From: Dehalococcoidia bacterium
Lineage (GTDB): Bacteria > Chloroflexota > Dehalococcoidia > Bin125
Reading direction: 5' to 3'
Assembly (NCBI GenBank): GCA_965204335.1
Contig: OZ241982.1
Span: forward strand, 2,889,691-2,953,690
Length of the DNA: 64,000 bases
Shown here piece after piece: positions 36,770 to 45,692 of the stretch (the first letter of the stretch is position 1; each line of letters opens with the position of its first letter). Position numbers and translations under genes: made by a program. Under the pieces are notes generated by a model, which saw only the letters and a program-made list of their open reading frames with translations, was not told where the DNA came from and did no database searches.

Positions 36770-38182
36770 CTACACGGACCGCAACCCCGACGCCTTCCTG
36801 AGCGCGTTTGCCGCTCGCTCGAAGCTGGGGAAGGTGGGGATTCCTTCTTCTTGCAAGCGGAGCCTGGCCTTGAGGGCGGCCTCTTCCACGTGACTTGGAT
36901 GCAGCGCGGCGAGGAACGGCTTTCCGCTCTCGTCCCGGAAGCGCTTGATGCTGTTGATCAGGCGGTCGAACTCCTCGGGCTTGTCCTGCCAGCGGCGGGC
37001 CATGAACGTGGCCGAGAGCTCCATCCCGACGGCGTCGATGTTTTCGTCCCGGTTGAGGATGTCGAAGATCGTGTCGAGGTGCTTGGGGTCCTGGCCGATG
37101 GTGCCGGCGGCGTCGAGCGGGTTGCGGTAGCTGCCGCCGATGATGTTGAAGAACTCCGAGAGCTGGGCGTAGCTGACCTCCGACAGAGTCGGTACCTTCC
37201 AGCCCGCCTTCTCAAATGCGTCGGTCAGGACGACCGACTGCCCGCCGGTCATTGCGATCAGGCCGAGCCGGTTGCCCTGCGCGCGCTTGGTCAGCAGCGT
37301 CGCCTTGACCACGTCGATCATCTCGTCGAGGTTGTGCACTGCGACCGCGCCGACCTGCTTGATCATCGCCTCCCAGATTGCCTGGTCGCTGGCCAGCGAG
37401 GCCGTATGCGAACGGATCGCGCGTCCGCCGCCCTCGGTCTGGCCGCCCTTCCAGATCACCACCGGCTTCTTCGCCGCGACCTCGCGCAGCGTCTTGAAGA
37501 GGCGCTGGCCGTCGCGCGCGCCCTCGATGTACATGCCGATCACCTCGGTCTGCGGATCGTCGGCGAGGTATTCGAGGTAGTCGGCGGCTTCGAGGATGAT
37601 CCCGTTGCCGAAGCTGACCAGGGTCGAGCAGTAGAGTCCGTGCGCCGCGCCGGTCAGGGAGAAGTTCATCCCGTGCGTGCCCGACTGCGAGACGAAGCCG
37701 ATGTTGCCCTGCACGCCCGCCGGCTGGTCGCGGTTGAAGCGCACGCCGAGTCCGGGCACGTGCAAACCCATGCAGTTGGGGCCGATCAGCGCGAGGCCCG
37801 ACGGGTCGGCGATCTCGAAGATCTTGTTCTGCAACTCGACGCCGATGTCCTCGCCCGTCTCGGCGAAGCCGGACGTGAACAAGGTCACTCCGCCGACGTT
37901 GGCTTCGACGCAACCCTGGACGATGAACGGCGCCACCTGCCGCGGTACGGCGCAGACGGCGAAGTCGACCTGATCGGGGATGTCGGTCAGCGACTTGTAG
38001 TTGGGGATGCCCAACTCTTCAATCCCGGGAATCTCGTTCTCGTCGACCTGGACGCTGTACACCGGGCCGTCGAACTCCTTCATCGAGCGCAGCCAGTTGT
38101 AGCCGCTGGCCTTCTTGTCGCCAATCACGGCGACCACCTTGGGCGCCAGCGCGCGGGTCAGGCGTTCACGTGTAACGGCCAT
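36770..38182 (-). CDS. acetyl-CoA synthetase (ADP-forming) alpha subunit, CoA-binding and ligase-CoA domains
   Basis: VAVIGDKKASG... CoA-binding Rossmann fold. The mid-region with H (…SHTAS…) matches the phosphohistidine loop of the succinyl-CoA ligase alpha fold. 470 aa. Confidence 0.75.
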   Translation of the reverse strand: MAVTRERLTRALAPKVVAVIGDKKASGYNWLRSMKEFDGPVYSVQVDENEIPGIEELGIPNYKSLTDIPDQVDFAVCAVPRQVAPFIVQGCVEANVGGVTLFTSGFAETGEDIGVELQNKIFEIADPSGLALIGPNCMGLHVPGLGVRFNRDQPAGVQGNIGFVSQSGTHGMNFSLTGAAHGLYCSTLVSFGNGIILEAADYLEYLADDPQTEVIGMYIEGARDGQRLFKTLREVAAKKPVVIWKGGQTEGGGRAIRSHTASLASDQAIWEAMIKQVGAVAVHNLDEMIDVVKATLLTKRAQGNRLGLIAMTGGQSVVLTDAFEKAGWKVPTLSEVSYAQLSEFFNIIGGSYRNPLDAAGTIGQDPKHLDTIFDILNRDENIDAVGMELSATFMARRWQDKPEEFDRLINSIKRFRDESGKPFLAALHPSHVEEAALKARLRLQEEGIPTFPSFERAANALRKASGLRSV

Positions 38183-38203
38183 TGGAGTTCTCCTGTATCT
38201 CTT

Positions 38204-38247
38204 TCTCCCCCCGCTTCGCGGGGGGAGATGCCGCAGGCAGAGGGGGG
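38204..38247. repeat. GC-rich REP-like hairpin element (tctccccccgc-ttcg-gcggggggaga + tgccgcaggca + gagggggg)
   Basis: Perfect 11-bp inverted repeat with a TTCG loop, followed by a second short palindrome. The same unit recurs at 39079, 42813 (inverted) and 44811. Confidence 0.7.
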
Positions 38248-38278
38248 TCCCGCTCTGGCCTCAACAGTGCAGCGGGCC

Positions 38279-38983
38279 CTAAGACTCCGAAGTCAGCAAG
38301 ATTCTCGCATCCACCGCGATTGCGCCGTCGGGACGAGCAAAGACCGGATTGAGGTCCAGCTCCGCGATCTCCGGGTTCGCTTCGGCGAACTCGGAGAGTT
38401 GCAGCAGCATCGACTCGATCGCCTCAAGGTTGGCCGCCGGCTGACCGCGGAACCCTTCGAGCAGCGGGAAGCCCTGGATCTCGCGGATCATCTCTGACGC
38501 GTCGCGCGGCTCCAGCGGGACGATGCGGAACGCGACGTCCTTGAGCACCTCGACGAACACGCCGCCCAGACCGAACATCAGCACCGGACCAAACTGCTGA
38601 TCCTGGGTGATGCCAAGAATCACTTCCGCGCCCGCTTCGGCCATCGGCTGCACCGAGACGCCCTGGGCCTGGGCGTCGGGCACGGCGGCGATCACCCGCT
38701 CGTGGATCCGCTGACAGGCCGCGCGCAGCGCGTCCTCGTCGGCGACGCCCAGTTCGACCCCGCCGACATCGGTCTTGTGCGTGATCTTGTCGGAGACGAC
38801 TTTGAGCGCGACCGGGTAGCCGAGTTCGGCCGCGTGAGCGGCGGCCTCGTCAATCGACGTGGCCAGGCGGGTCTCGGTCACATTAATCCCGGCCTCGGCG
38901 AGCATCTGCTTGGCTTCGACCTCGGACAGGATGGTCCGGTTCGCAGCGCGCGCGGCGGCAATGACGTCAGCAGTCATGGGCAT
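38279..38983 (-). CDS. acetyl-CoA synthetase (ADP-forming) beta subunit, ATP-grasp domain
   Basis: ...EAKQMLAEAGINV...GYPVALKVVSDKITHKTDVGGV... ATP-grasp pattern. Immediately downstream of the alpha subunit. Confidence 0.7.
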   Translation of the reverse strand: MPMTADVIAAARAANRTILSEVEAKQMLAEAGINVTETRLATSIDEAAAHAAELGYPVALKVVSDKITHKTDVGGVELGVADEDALRAACQRIHERVIAAVPDAQAQGVSVQPMAEAGAEVILGITQDQQFGPVLMFGLGGVFVEVLKDVAFRIVPLEPRDASEMIREIQGFPLLEGFRGQPAANLEAIESMLLQLSEFAEANPEIAELDLNPVFARPDGAIAVDARILLTSES

Positions 38984-39032
38984 CTCCGTCAGAATGGGAG
39001 CAATATCTGGCCGCAGAATACACGCCGATCCC

Positions 39033-39127
39033 CCTCTCCCCCGCTCCGCGGAGGACGATGTCCCGTTCCCTCATCTTCTCTCCCCCCGCTCCGCGGGGGG
39101 AGATGTCCCGTAGGGACAGAGGGGGGC
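39033..39127. repeat. two tandem copies (one degenerate) of the REP-like hairpin element
   Basis: ctctcccccgctccgcggagga... is degenerate. tctccccccgctccgcggggggagatgtcccgtagggacagagggggg is intact, with GTCCC-GTA-GGGAC as the second hairpin. Confidence 0.65.
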
Positions 39128-39208
39128 TCCGTATCTCGCCTGCACCGGCTATTCTGTATACTCAGTTTCGCAGTTCGGAATCACTGACGAACCGCAGAGG
39201 AGTAGGCC

Positions 39209-39427
39209 ATGGCCGAGGGTGACCCGTTCGAGGACTGGCTGGACATCGTCGAGGCGGCGAGAGAACTCAACATCCACCCGCAATCCATGCGCCGCCTGAT
39301 CAAGCAGGGCCGCGTTCCCGCCCGGCTCTATGGAGGCAAGTACCTCATCGAGCGAGACCAGCTCCTGATGTTCAAGTCCAACTACGACCCCCGCCCAGGT
39401 CGGAAGCGGTCGCCGCGGCTGCTCTGA
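39209..39427 (+). CDS. excisionase-family helix-turn-helix DNA-binding protein
   Basis: 72 aa. The LDIVEAARELNIHPQSMRRLIKQGRVPARLYGGKYLIERDQL HTH_17/Xis-type motif. Confidence 0.55.
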   Translation: MAEGDPFEDWLDIVEAARELNIHPQSMRRLIKQGRVPARLYGGKYLIERDQLLMFKSNYDPRPGRKRSPRLL

Positions 39428-39941
39428 CACATTCGTCGCCAACCCAAGCATCTCTTGCCTCGCCCAACTGGGTGACGACACCGAGCGTGTCCCAGATGCA
39501 TCCGCTCGCGCAATCGAAACGGTTCCAATGAAACGCTTGGTTGTTATGCCTGTGAGAGAACTCAGCTTGATAAGGCGCGAAAAGCACGCCTCGGTACTCG
39601 ATCTTGACTCGTTGCCAATCAATGTGGAGGCCAAATCCGCCGTTGCAGGCCCGATGTACTGGCTCCCTGAATCTTCGTACGAAGTCTCGTATCTCTGCTT
39701 GGTTTGTCACTGCTAGGACATACTGAAGCTCAATCTCAACTGGCGACGCGTATCGCCACTGCTCCTGCACATCACTCCACTCTGGATCTCCGGAGGCAAG
39801 TCGATTCTTGACGAACTCCAACCAGCCGCAATCGGACTCATCGCCGAGCCAGAGTCCCGCAGGCTTATGTTCGTTGTCCCGTGATCGGGGAAACCGGGAG
39901 ATTTCCACTAGCGGTTCTGCAGAAAAGTGGTACAGTCGCAC
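39372..39941 (-). CDS. hypothetical protein in AT-richer islet
   Basis: 189 aa ORF. Composition is clearly AT-richer than the window average. The N-terminus is MRLYHFSAEPLVEI. No assignable domain. Confidence 0.4.
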   Translation of the reverse strand: MRLYHFSAEPLVEISRFPRSRDNEHKPAGLWLGDESDCGWLEFVKNRLASGDPEWSDVQEQWRYASPVEIELQYVLAVTNQAEIRDFVRRFREPVHRACNGGFGLHIDWQRVKIEYRGVLFAPYQAEFSHRHNNQAFHWNRFDCASGCIWDTLGVVTQLGEARDAWVGDECVRAAAATASDLGGGRSWT

Positions 39942-40017
39942 TCTCTCCGCTTGACCTTCCTAGCCAAGTGATCGACGTACTCGTAATGCGCCACCCGAGT
40001 CATCTCGCGACCTGCCT

Positions 40018-40122
40018 CTAGATCATAGCTCGTTTGTCCGCAATCGGGCCCAGTGCGCCCCTGAAGATCCTGTCCACCACATGCGGCTCGGCCAACGTCT
40101 TGACGTCGCTGACGCTGTTAGC
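40018..40122 (-). pseudogene. diverged fragment of an acs 3' end (last ~30 codons) with no upstream gene body
   Basis: The minus-strand translation ...[19 protein letters not shown]... aligns to the C-terminus of the intact acs at 40767 (...[18 protein letters not shown]). About 71% nt identity over 48 nt. Stop codons lie immediately upstream. Confidence 0.5.
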
Positions 40123-40600
40123 CGAACGCTACTAGCAACCCCACCGCGAGCGTCGTGGCCGCAAACCCGAGACCGACCGCACCGAGAACCCATTGACGCA
40201 TCTTCGAGTCTCGATCCTCTTGATCCCGTACGCGTTGCCTCTCGCGCTCATCTCGTTCGCGCTCGCGCTCGTCTCTCTGGCGCTCGCGCTCGTCCCGCCC
40301 GCGTTCGCGTTGATTGTTCTCTTCACGAAACTCATTGATCTCTTTGCGGATTCCATTCATCTCCGACCGGATATCAGCCATGAATTGCGCCTGCTGCGCT
40401 GCGATTTCGGCCCGTTCCGCTCGCCACTGATCGAGCAGAGATTCAAGCGCCGACTCCGTTACGAACGGAGACAGCGCTTGATCGAAGAGGTCGTCGAGCA
40501 ACGTTGCCATCGGCTCAGCCTGGCCATTCTGGCAGACGCCGGTGTCGACGAGCCGATCACGAGTCTCTAGGACGTCGATCGATGACATATCGCTCTTCAA
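40118..40600 (-). CDS. coiled-coil protein with (ER/DER) repeat and C-terminal TM anchor
   Basis: 160 aa. ERERQRDERERERDERERQR repeat, then WVLGAVGLGFAATTLAVGLLVAFG. Same architecture as the DUF1640-like paralogs. Confidence 0.45.
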   Translation of the reverse strand: MKSDMSSIDVLETRDRLVDTGVCQNGQAEPMATLLDDLFDQALSPFVTESALESLLDQWRAERAEIAAQQAQFMADIRSEMNGIRKEINEFREENNQRERGRDERERQRDERERERDERERQRVRDQEDRDSKMRQWVLGAVGLGFAATTLAVGLLVAFG

Positions 40601-40748
40601 TCTGCGGACGCAGGATGTCGGCGAGCAGGTGTGACTTCTCCTCCGTCACGTACCCGTCTGCTACCACTTTCTTCCGGATGTCCTCAAGGATTTCCTCAAG
40701 CTTCCACGCCGGAATGGGCTTGGTCTGAGCCTTGTGGACCTTTGCCAT
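40557..40748 (-). CDS. small hypothetical protein (63 aa) immediately downstream of acs
   Basis: ORF only. Overlaps the next ORF by 44 nt. No motif recognised. Confidence 0.3.
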   Translation of the reverse strand: MAKVHKAQTKPIPAWKLEEILEDIRKKVVADGYVTEEKSHLLADILRPQIEERYVIDRRPRDS

Positions 40749-40766
40749 ACGACCGATTCTACCCTT

Positions 40767-42749
40767 CTAGTGCGCCGACGACGCTCCCTCGATGATTTCC
40801 TCGACCACGTGCGGCTCCGCGAGCGTTGTCACGTCGCCGACGTTTTCCGGCTCGCCTTCCGCGACCTTCCGCAGGATTCGGCGCATGATCTTGCCTGAGC
40901 GGGTCTTGGGCAGGCCGCCGACAAATTGAATCCTGTCCGGCGTCGCGATCGGACTGATCTCCGACCGCACCTGGCGCTTCAACTCGACCGCGAGGTCGGG
41001 GCCAGGGTCGAAGCCGTCCTTGAGCAGCACGTAGGCGTAGATGCCCTCGCCCTTGATCTCGTGCGGGTAACCGACGACCGCGGCCTCGGCGCAGCCCGCG
41101 TGACCGACCAGTGCGCCCTCGATCTCCGCCGTGCCCAGGCGGTGACCCGACACGTTGAGCACGTCGTCGACGCGCCCCGTCAGCCAGTAGTAGCCGTCGT
41201 GGTCTCGGAACGAGCCGTCGCCGGTGAAGTACTTGCCCGGGTACTGGATGAAGTAGGTGTTGATGAAGCGCTCGTGGTCGCCGTAGACGGTCCGCATCAT
41301 CCCGGGCCAGCTCCGAGCCAGGCAGAGCAGGCCGCTCTGAGGGTTGCCCTCAAGCTCGTTGCCGTCGGGGTCAACCAGCACCGGCTCGATCCCGAAGAAG
41401 GGCAGCGAGGCCGAACCCGGCTTCATGTCGTTGGCGCCGGCCAGACCGGTCAGCACGTGTCCGCCGGTCTCGGTCTGCCAGTAGGTGTCGACGATCGAGC
41501 AGCGCCCCTCGCCGACGACATCGAAGTACCAGCGCCAGGCCTCGGGATTGATCGGCTCACCGACCGTGCCCAGCACCCGCAGACTCGTCCGCTGGTGGAC
41601 CTTGACCCACTCGTCGCCCTCGCGCATCAGTGCGCGAATCGCGGTCGGCGCGGTGTAGAGGATGTTGATCCCCAGCCGGTCGATCATGTCCCAGTAGCGT
41701 CCGGCGTCGGGATAGGTCGGGATCGACTCGAACATGACGGATGTCGCGCCGTTGCCCAGCGGCCCGTAGACGATGTAGCTGTGACCGGTAATCCAACCCA
41801 CGTCGGCGGCGCAGCAGTAGATGTCGCCCTCGCGGTAGTCGAAGGTGTAGCGGTGGCTGAGCATCGTGAACAGCAGGTAGCCGGCCTGCGTGTGCAGCAC
41901 GCCCTTGGGCTTCCCCGTCGAGCCTGACGTGTAGAGGATGAACAGCGGGTCCTCGGCGTCCATCACCTCCGGTTCGCATTCGTCCGACTGGTTGGCGACG
42001 GTCTCATGCCACCAGACATCGCGGCCGTCCTGCATCGTTACGTCGCCGCCCGTGTGCTGATGCACGAGCACAAACTCGACGCAGTCGACGCCGGCCGCGT
42101 CGAGCTGGTCCATCGCCGCGTCGACGTTGGCCTTGAGCGGCACGGTGCGGCCGCCGCGCTTGCCTTCGTCCTGCGTGATCACCGCCTTGCACAGCGAATC
42201 CTCGACCCGATCGGCGATCGCCGAGGCGGAGAATCCGCCGAAGATCACCGAGTGGATCGCGCCAATGCGGGCGCAGGCCAGCATCGCCGCCACGACCTCG
42301 GGCGTCATGCCCATGTAGATCGCGACGCGGTCGCCCTTGCCCACGCCGCGGCTGCGCAGTTCGTTCGCCAGCCGGCAGACCTCGGCGTGCAGTTCGCGGT
42401 AGGAGATCGACTCGTTGTCGGCCGGCTCGTCGCCTTCCCAGAGGATCGCCGTCTGGTCGCCGCGCGCCTCGAGGTGCCGGTCGAGGCAGTTGACCGAGAC
42501 GTTCAGCTTCGCGCCCAGGAACCAGGCGATCTCGCCCGAGGCCAGGTTCTCTTCCTTGAGCGTGTGCCAGGGCTCGATCAGGTCGAGGTGCGCATTGGCC
42601 ATCTCGGTCCAGAACGCGTCCGGCTCATCCAGCGAACGCCGCCAGAGCGCCTCGTAGCCCTCGCGCGACGTGACCAACGCGCCCTCGCGCACATTCTCAG
42701 GCGGCGAATACGTCTCGTTGACCGGCATGGCGGCATCGGCGGTTGTCAT
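40767..42749 (-). CDS. acs: acetyl-coenzyme A synthetase (AMP-forming)
   Basis: 660 aa. Acs N-terminus ...[18 protein letters not shown]..., the AMP-binding motif [12 protein letters not shown], and the C-terminal ...[10 protein letters not shown] signature. Confidence 0.9.
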   Translation of the reverse strand: MTTADAAMPVNETYSPPENVREGALVTSREGYEALWRRSLDEPDAFWTEMANAHLDLIEPWHTLKEENLASGEIAWFLGAKLNVSVNCLDRHLEARGDQTAILWEGDEPADNESISYRELHAEVCRLANELRSRGVGKGDRVAIYMGMTPEVVAAMLACARIGAIHSVIFGGFSASAIADRVEDSLCKAVITQDEGKRGGRTVPLKANVDAAMDQLDAAGVDCVEFVLVHQHTGGDVTMQDGRDVWWHETVANQSDECEPEVMDAEDPLFILYTSGSTGKPKGVLHTQAGYLLFTMLSHRYTFDYREGDIYCCAADVGWITGHSYIVYGPLGNGATSVMFESIPTYPDAGRYWDMIDRLGINILYTAPTAIRALMREGDEWVKVHQRTSLRVLGTVGEPINPEAWRWYFDVVGEGRCSIVDTYWQTETGGHVLTGLAGANDMKPGSASLPFFGIEPVLVDPDGNELEGNPQSGLLCLARSWPGMMRTVYGDHERFINTYFIQYPGKYFTGDGSFRDHDGYYWLTGRVDDVLNVSGHRLGTAEIEGALVGHAGCAEAAVVGYPHEIKGEGIYAYVLLKDGFDPGPDLAVELKRQVRSEISPIATPDRIQFVGGLPKTRSGKIMRRILRKVAEGEPENVGDVTTLAEPHVVEEIIEGASSAH

Positions 42750-42812
42750 GTCAGCATCCTCATCTGCTTCGGCACATGGCTGGTACCGCAGATGCTACCG
42801 CGCTGGCCCGTG

Positions 42813-42855
42813 CCCCCTCTGCCTGCGGCATCTCCCCCCGCTTCGCGGGGGGAGA
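42813..42855. repeat. REP-like hairpin element in inverted orientation
   Basis: ccccctctgcctgcggcatctccccccgcttcgcggggggaga is the reverse complement of the 38204 element. Confidence 0.7.
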
Positions 42856-42949
42856 AGGGAAACCGACGCCGCCGCGAGGGCGCGTTTCGCAGTGATACGC
42901 TGCCGATATCGAAACAGCCGCGAAAGTGCCGATCCGAAAGGTCCCACGA

Positions 42950-43293
42950 TGGCGCAGCAGGAACCGTTTCAGCGTATTTCGGTGGAGGAAGCCGAGGAGA
43001 AACGACAGGCCGGCGTGGCGCTCGTCGACACGCGGGAACTGGACGAATACCAGGACGGACACGCCGCCGGCGCTCCGCTGATGCCGCACATGTCGGTCAT
43101 GACCCGGGCCGACGAACTGGAACAGATCTCGGGCGGCAAGGATCAACCGATCATGTTCATCTGCGCGAAGGGCCAGCGCTCCGCCGTGGCCTGCGAGTTC
43201 GCCGCGGCGCTCGGCTTCACCGACCTCTACAACGTCGAGGGCGGCACCGACGCCTGGATCGCCGCCGGACTGCCGATTGAGCATCCCGGCTAG
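42950..43293 (+). CDS. single-domain rhodanese-like protein
   Basis: 114 aa from ATG 42950. ...ALVDTRELDEYQDGHAAGA... and the FICAKGQRS active-site Cys loop. Confidence 0.7.
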
Positions 43294-43332
43294 CGTGCGC
43301 GCCGCCGACGCCGCGACGGGCGGTCACATCCG

Positions 43333-43908
43333 ATGCTGAGCAGCCTGAGCGGGACCCAGCGCTATGCGCTGTTCGTCCTCGTCGTCGTCGTGGTGGTCGT
43401 CATCTATCTCGTGGTCTCGGGTGGACTCGATGAACTGACCGGCGGCGGAGACGACGACGAACAACCGGCGTCGGCGGAAACGATTGCGTCGCCGGCGCTG
43501 CGTACGGTCGCCATCGAGTTCGGCCATCCGAAGCTGGTCGGTCCGATCGAGGTCTCAATCATCGGGATCACGTTCCCGGACCAGATCCGCGCCGAAGGAC
43601 TCTGGCGTGACCCGGCGCAGCGCTTTGCCGCCGTGCAACTGACGATGACCAATCGCTCGAACCACGCGGTCGAGTTGCCCCTGGACGGTCTGCAGCTGGT
43701 GACGGTCGACGGCCGCGCCTACCTCGCCGACGCGCCGCTCTCGCTCGGCGCCGCCCGAACCGCGGACGGCGTCGTCTACGCGCCCCCGCTGGTCCTGCAA
43801 CCGCAACTGACCGTGAACGTCGTCGCCGTCTACGACATCCCGATCGACGCCAGCGGCCTGCAACTCCGAGTCCTCGGCGGCTGGTCCGACTTCGAGCTGT
43901 TTGAGTAA
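43333..43908 (+). CDS. membrane-anchored DUF4352-like protein
   Basis: N-terminal TM (LFVLVVVVVVVIYLVV), then a beta-rich domain whose pattern (…AAVQLTMTNRSNHAVELPLDGLQLVTVDGRAYLAD…) matches DUF4352. Confidence 0.45.
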   Translation: MLSSLSGTQRYALFVLVVVVVVVIYLVVSGGLDELTGGGDDDEQPASAETIASPALRTVAIEFGHPKLVGPIEVSIIGITFPDQIRAEGLWRDPAQRFAAVQLTMTNRSNHAVELPLDGLQLVTVDGRAYLADAPLSLGAARTADGVVYAPPLVLQPQLTVNVVAVYDIPIDASGLQLRVLGGWSDFELFE

Positions 43909-43920
43909 TGAGTAGAGCGC

Positions 43921-44094
43921 ACCCTCTCCCTCGACGAAAGGGGAGCCCATATGCCCCCTCCCTCTGGGAGAGGGCAGCCGGGCAACTCCCTCTCCCTCTG
44001 GGAGAGGGCCGGGGTGAGGGCTCCGGCGGCCGAGGGCCCTCACTCCCCGCCTCACGCGGGGGCAGGCTCTAACCCTCTCCCTCAGGGAGAGGGG
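43921..44094. repeat. tandem cluster of 4-5 short hairpins (CCCTCTCCC-N3-GGGAGAGGG type) in a 210-bp intergenic gap
   Basis: Two perfect 9-bp-stem hairpins (43989-44009 and 44072-44092), two degenerate copies, and CCCCGC-CTCA-GCGGGG. Confidence 0.65.
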
Positions 44095-44119
44095 ATCCGC
44101 GGAAGACAGACAGTGGAGG

Positions 44120-44788
44120 ATGCCGGCCATGACCATCCTGATGTTCGACATCGACGGCACGCTGTCGACCTCCCAGGGTGCGGGAACGCTGGCGATGACT
44201 CGCACCTTCCGCCAGCTCTGGGGCATCGAGAATGCGCTCGAGGGGATGAACTTCGCCGGTCGCAGCGATAGCTGGATCGTGCCCACAGCGCTCTCCAACC
44301 AGGGTCGCGACTGTTCGGCGGACGACCTGGCCCGCTTCGTCGATCACTACGTGCCGCACCTCGGCGACGCGCTGGAGGAACGAAACTCCCGGCTCTGCCC
44401 GGGTGTGCTGCCGCTCCTCGAAGCGCTGTCGAACGAGAACGTGACCCTCGGTCTGGGCACGGGCAACTTCCGCAGAGCGGCCGAGGCCAAGCTTGCGCCC
44501 TTCGGCATCTGGGAGTACTTCGTCGACGGCGGCTTCGGCGACGATCATCCCGACCGCACACGGTTGCTCGCCGCCGGCCTGGAGCGGCTCCGCCGCCACT
44601 CCACCGACGGCGCCGACGCGGTCGTGATCGGAGATACGGGCCACGACGTCGAGGCGGGCCACGCCATCGGCGCGAAGGTCGTCGCCGTCAAGACCGGCTA
44701 CGCCCAGCCCGGCGAACTCAATGAGGCGGACGTGATTCTGGACGATCTCTCGGACCTGGAAACGTCCCTGCTCGCCTTGTTGGACTGA
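44120..44788 (+). CDS. HAD-superfamily hydrolase
   Basis: ILMFDIDGTL motif I, a later ...GLGTGN..., and the GDTGHDVEAG motif IV. Confidence 0.75.
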   Translation: MPAMTILMFDIDGTLSTSQGAGTLAMTRTFRQLWGIENALEGMNFAGRSDSWIVPTALSNQGRDCSADDLARFVDHYVPHLGDALEERNSRLCPGVLPLLEALSNENVTLGLGTGNFRRAAEAKLAPFGIWEYFVDGGFGDDHPDRTRLLAAGLERLRRHSTDGADAVVIGDTGHDVEAGHAIGAKVVAVKTGYAQPGELNEADVILDDLSDLETSLLALLD

Positions 44789-44810
44789 GAAATCCGGCGA
44801 TCAACGGCTT

Positions 44811-44882
44811 CCCCTCTCCCTCCGCTTCGCGGGGGGAGATGCCGCAGCCTGTCCCGGGCTCCGACCCGGGGGCAGAGGGGGG
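44811..44882. repeat. expanded REP-like element
   Basis: cccctctccctccgcttcgcggggggagatgccgcagcc, then CCCGGG-CTCCGA-CCCGGG, then cagagggggg. Confidence 0.6.
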
Positions 44883-44906
44883 CTGCGCCTGCGGTAACCT
44901 GACCGC

Positions 44907-45575
44907 ATGTCTACCGGACTGATCGTCGGCATCATCATCATCCTGCTCGTCGTCGGCGTGCCGATCCTGCAGGCGTTGATTCGCGCCGTGCAGCGGCGTC
45001 GATCGCTGGGCGGCGACGGCGTACCCGCGCTGCGGGCGGCCGGCCTGCGCGGCGACGAGCTTCCGCGCGGCCTGGCCCGCCAGACGGCGGAGGCGGTGAC
45101 TTCCGAGGAGATCGCGCTTGAGGCCGACAATCCCGAGGCGACGATCACTCAGTTGGACGCCGCCGGCCGCATCATCGGCTATCGCGAGAGCTTTCGAGAG
45201 CCGCGCTCGATGGGCGAATTCATGGACTGGCTGCTGGCCCAGTCGATCTATCGCAACCGGGCCCATCGCCGGGTCGAGGTGGAACTGACCCGATACGAGT
45301 CGGCGGAGCAGGCGTCGGATGCGCTCAACATGGATCCGATGCTGGATGTCGGCGACGACACGGTGCAGGTCGAGGACGCCGGCGAGCGGGGCGGCATCCT
45401 CGCTCGCGAATGGACCAGGACGGAGAACGGCTCGACGGTCCAGCGGATGCTGGAGCTGCGCTGGACCTCGGGCGACGTGCTGGGAGTGCTGCGCGGCGAC
45501 TCGGAGCCGTCGGGCGCGCTGGACGATGCGGAGGTCGAGCGGCTGGCCGCGCTGGTCAAGGAGCGGTTGTCATGA
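44907..45575 (+). CDS. membrane-anchored hypothetical protein
   Basis: N-terminal TM LIVGIIIILLVVGVPIL. 222 aa. First gene of a 5-gene same-strand run with overlapping stops and starts. Confidence 0.45.
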   Translation: MSTGLIVGIIIILLVVGVPILQALIRAVQRRRSLGGDGVPALRAAGLRGDELPRGLARQTAEAVTSEEIALEADNPEATITQLDAAGRIIGYRESFREPRSMGEFMDWLLAQSIYRNRAHRRVEVELTRYESAEQASDALNMDPMLDVGDDTVQVEDAGERGGILAREWTRTENGSTVQRMLELRWTSGDVLGVLRGDSEPSGALDDAEVERLAALVKERLS

Positions 45576-45692
45576 TTTCTGGAATCTTCGGAGCAATCCT
45601 GGGGTTGCTGGGGAATATCTTCGGCCCGGAGGGCCGCGAACGCCGACGCCGGCGTCGGCGGCGCTTGCGCCGACGCGGAATGGACGGCGGCG

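Noticed and set aside
43921-44094. Possible CRISPR array, because of repeated CCCTCTCCC...GGGAGAGGG units.
   Set aside because: The units are self-complementary hairpins with 3-nt loops, irregular spacing, no uniform spacers, and no cas genes anywhere in the window. This fits REP/BIME-type repeats better.
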